From: Veleropilina oligotropha
Taxonomy: Eukaryota
Direction of reading: 5' to 3'
Assembly (NCBI GenBank): GCA_048128005.1
Contig: JBEUKZ010000104.1
Location: 248,001-312,000 of the forward strand
Length of the DNA stretch: 64,000 nt
The position numbers were made by a program, and so were the translations under genes. Numbering within the stretch: position 1 is the first letter of the stretch; every line of letters starts with the position of its first letter. This document shows, piece by piece, positions 60,760-64,000 of the stretch. Under the pieces are notes generated by a model. The model searched no databases. It was not told the DNA's origin and saw only the letters and a list, made by a program, of their open reading frames with translations.

Positions 60760-61395
60760 GCCATATTGGCACAGTCCATTCTCATTCAACACGTGCAAAT
60801 GCAAACAATAATATATATGTACGTAAACCGAAACTTGCAACTGGAAAGCGCACATTCACATATCGAGGCGCAATTGCATGGAATGACTTGACAAGCACTT
60901 TAAAGACTGCAACGGTTAAAAAATTCAAACATGTATATATGAAAGAATTCATGAATTAATGAATTTTGTTAATCCTTTATGCTATACAACAACAATTTTA
61001 TAATATATTGTATGTTTTTAATATTATTTAATCATTTATTAAACCTGAATTTATATATTTTAAATTAATATTATAAATTTTATATGAACGGAAAGATTAT
61101 GTATATATTTTTATAAGAATGTATGGATATATTTTATAAGAATTTTTGTATATATTTTATATGAATGCAGTTATATATTTTATAAGTATGAATGAGCATG
61201 ATTTTATCTATGCTTTTCATTTTGCAATATTATTTAATTGTCCTTTTATATTTATGTTATATTGTCATATTTTATGCTTTATTTTATTTATTGTATGAAT
61301 CTGTGTATGACACAGGGCCCTACTGGAAACCAGTGCTAACGCACTGAGCAGGCTACCCTGTTTAAAGAAGATGTAATAAATAAATAATAAATAAG
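60760..61395 (+). mobile_element. 3' end of an L2/CR1-type LINE
   Basis: TFTYRGAIAWNDL, an AT-rich UTR, a caggg...ccctg stem and a (TAAA)n tail. Confidence 0.55.
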
Positions 61396-62454
61396 CTGAG
61401 TGTATATAAGGTAAGGTATAGTTGCCTAGGTTACCTAGGGTAAGGTAATGTTAGTTAATGTCAAATAATATAAGATACAGATAGGCAAATTAACTTAAGA
61501 TTATGTAAGGAAGGGTATGGTGAGGATAAGATAAAGATAGGTAATGTGAGATCATGATAGGTAAAATACCATTAAGTAAGGGTTGATAAGGTAAGGAGAT
61601 AAAATATGTGAAAATTATAAAGAACTGATATAAAATATTGACACTGAATCGGTTGAAAAATACTAATAGGGCAATAATTAATTAAATCTACTTCATTCTG
61701 TGGACATCGCTCGTTGTCTCATTTAACATTATTAACTGTACGCCTTAACTGTGGTAATCGTATGCAGATCTATCGGTTTTTTATAAAAAGAAAAGAATGT
61801 TTATAAAGTGTCGGCAAGCGTGATAAATTTACTTGAATTATTATCAAGCACGTACGAGCAACATGGAAGCAGTATTCCGCTTTATTAATGGGGACCAAGT
61901 AGCTGGATTAGTTGATTACAAAGGTACGCACTAGAATCCAGACTAAACATCAAGTAACACAATGAAGACATTTCTGAACATCGAGAGTCAGCCAAAAAAT
62001 GTCATAGATATCAGCAGTTATTTGTATTGTTTGCAAAATTAATTACAGTTTGTTCATGTATAGTGCTAAAGTTGGGATAAACAAAAATAGTTTGTAATAC
62101 ATTTATTTATATAACAGTAAATTCGCATTACATGCTAGCGTATACGATGCATGATTATAAGAAATTACGCATGTGTAGCATGCACGTACGTTACACAAAA
62201 CTTATAAGGGGACAGTATGACTATATACGCAAATCACCATTTATGAATACTGTAAATTAAATAATGCATGTTTAGTGGGTATATTATTATATTTGATTGT
62301 CGACGTCACTGTGTATAAAACATGAACATTATACCATCATCATTGTCTGTGCTTATATAATATAAAATTTGGTTTCTGATTCAAAATAAAGATTTTTTCC
62401 TCGCTGGGGTAAATATTTCTGGTAGCGTGGAACCGCCAGAAATTTTTTTTATGT

Positions 62455-62735
62455 CATACCTATAAGATATTTATCTCATACGTATAATATATTATCTCAT
62501 ACGTGTGATATATCATCTTATACGTATGATATATTATCTCATACGTACGAGATAATAACTCATACTTATGAGATAATAATTCATACGCATGAGATAATAA
62601 CTCATACGTATGGGATGATATATCATGCGTATAAGATAATAACCCATGCGTATGTGATAATAACTCATGTGTATGAGATAATAACTCACACGTATGGGAT
62701 AATAACTCATACGTATGAGATAATTATCTCGTACG
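62455..62735. repeat. 22-bp minisatellite
   Basis: gagataataactcatacgtat units in both orientations. Confidence 0.8.
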
Positions 62736-62889
62736 AACCTTGTTTACAAAGCGTTCAGGCGCCCGGTGGTCGAGTGGATAGCGACCTCACTCCAAGTCTA
62801 CTTGACCTGTCTGCATTGTTGAAAGGTTGCCAGTTCGAGTGCGGTCAAGGCAAAAAATATTCGTCATCAGACACAGTTGCCCATGACTG

Positions 62890-63995
62890 GCCAGTGTAAG
62901 ATTGAAGATGCACCCCCCTTGAAAAGTGACCCCTACGGTCACTTTTTAACGTTGAATAATGACCATGGGTGCCTTTTCAACTGTTGAATAATGACCCCGG
63001 GTACCTTTTCAACGTTGAATAATGACCCCGGGTATGTTTTCAACGGATGGGGGTCATTTTTCAATGGCTCACACACGGATTCAAAAGACACCCCCGTTGA
63101 ATATACGTCCTATGGTCTCTTTTCAACTGTTGAATAATGAACCTGGGTACCTTTTCAACATTGAATAATGAACTAAGGTACCATTTCAACGTTGAATAAT
63201 GGCCCCGCGAAGTTTTTACACATGGTGGAGGGGAGGGGACATTTTTAAATGGCCTACCTACGGGTTGAAAGGGTACCCCGTCGAATATACACCCATTAGG
63301 TATATTATGCAAAGGTACAGATTAAATAATTGAATGCAGTGCATTTCTTATATAATGATTTGGGCTTGTGGCGTTATATTTCTATTTCGCAAATGCCTGA
63401 ACAAGCTTTCTTTATATGGATTAAATATTATAATATGTATTGTCGGACTATTATAATCGAGCTGTGATCCTGCTGTCTGACACCACACCACTGTCACCAC
63501 TACGTGGGCATAGACGGGTCTGGAAACCAAGAACAGGAAAAAAGTCGATAGTGCTGAATGTATATTCAGGTTTTTTTAATTTAGGGATATGCGTACGTAA
63601 CTTGCCCACACCCCCCTGCTGCAATCTTCTTTTATGTTGTTTGAAAACATAATGTAACCAATCTATGCGGTTTGGATTGTATATCTTGACTCCATATAAT
63701 CAGTATTTGTTGTATCATTTAGACAATGAAACTTGTGTCTAGGCCGCCGACACACACAAAGATGCACAAGAGCCGGGCTGTAGAATCAAGTATAAAGCCG
63801 TGTTTCCACTCGCTCGAATGCGAAAACGACTAATGACTAACGAATAGGCCTATATCCCTTCATGATAAAATATAAGAACTGAAAATATTTGGATGTCGTA
63901 CGAATGGAAAAGGCCCTTATATTTTATCATGAAAACGATACATTCGTTAGTCGTTTTTAGCAATCGGACGAGTGGAAACCCGGCTTTAATGTGAC
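62890..63995 (+). repeat. Second copy of the 42445-43435 dispersed repeat
   Basis: Collinear similarity, including the terminal small TIR element. Confidence 0.8.
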
Positions 63996-64000
63996 ATGCG

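Overview
Eukaryotic, AT-rich, repeat-dense DNA, probably from an invertebrate (inference). It has spliceosomal introns, LINE, DIRS, Helentron-like and MITE debris, and two large Polinton/Maverick-type elements about 0.8 kb apart. (1) 10034-26121 is a GC-rich, gene-dense ~16 kb endogenous virus-like element with perfect 138-bp terminal inverted repeats. It encodes an rve integrase, an A32-type packaging ATPase, probable major and minor capsid proteins and many small membrane proteins. It also encodes a Lys/Ala/Pro-rich basic protein and a secreted Cys-rich protein. Its replicase is unusual: a divergent family-B polymerase core fused to a superfamily-1 helicase and, across two homopolymer frameshifts, an HNH nuclease. 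No adenain-like protease is recognisable. (2) 26915-35170 is an 8.26-kb element with AGTAGT...ACTACT ends and a 6-bp target-site duplication (ATTATC), and it is almost entirely one palindrome. Each ~4.1-kb arm carries a Zn-finger/poly-Pro/ATPase chimera, an inward-facing CCAAT-box promoter, a tRNA-like unit and a telomere-like array. The axis is a two-eared (Y/T-shaped) hairpin. The only clear host gene is a calmodulin-like gene (52410-~56307) that breaks off at a DIRS retrotransposon. All calls are by eye from motifs; no searches were run.
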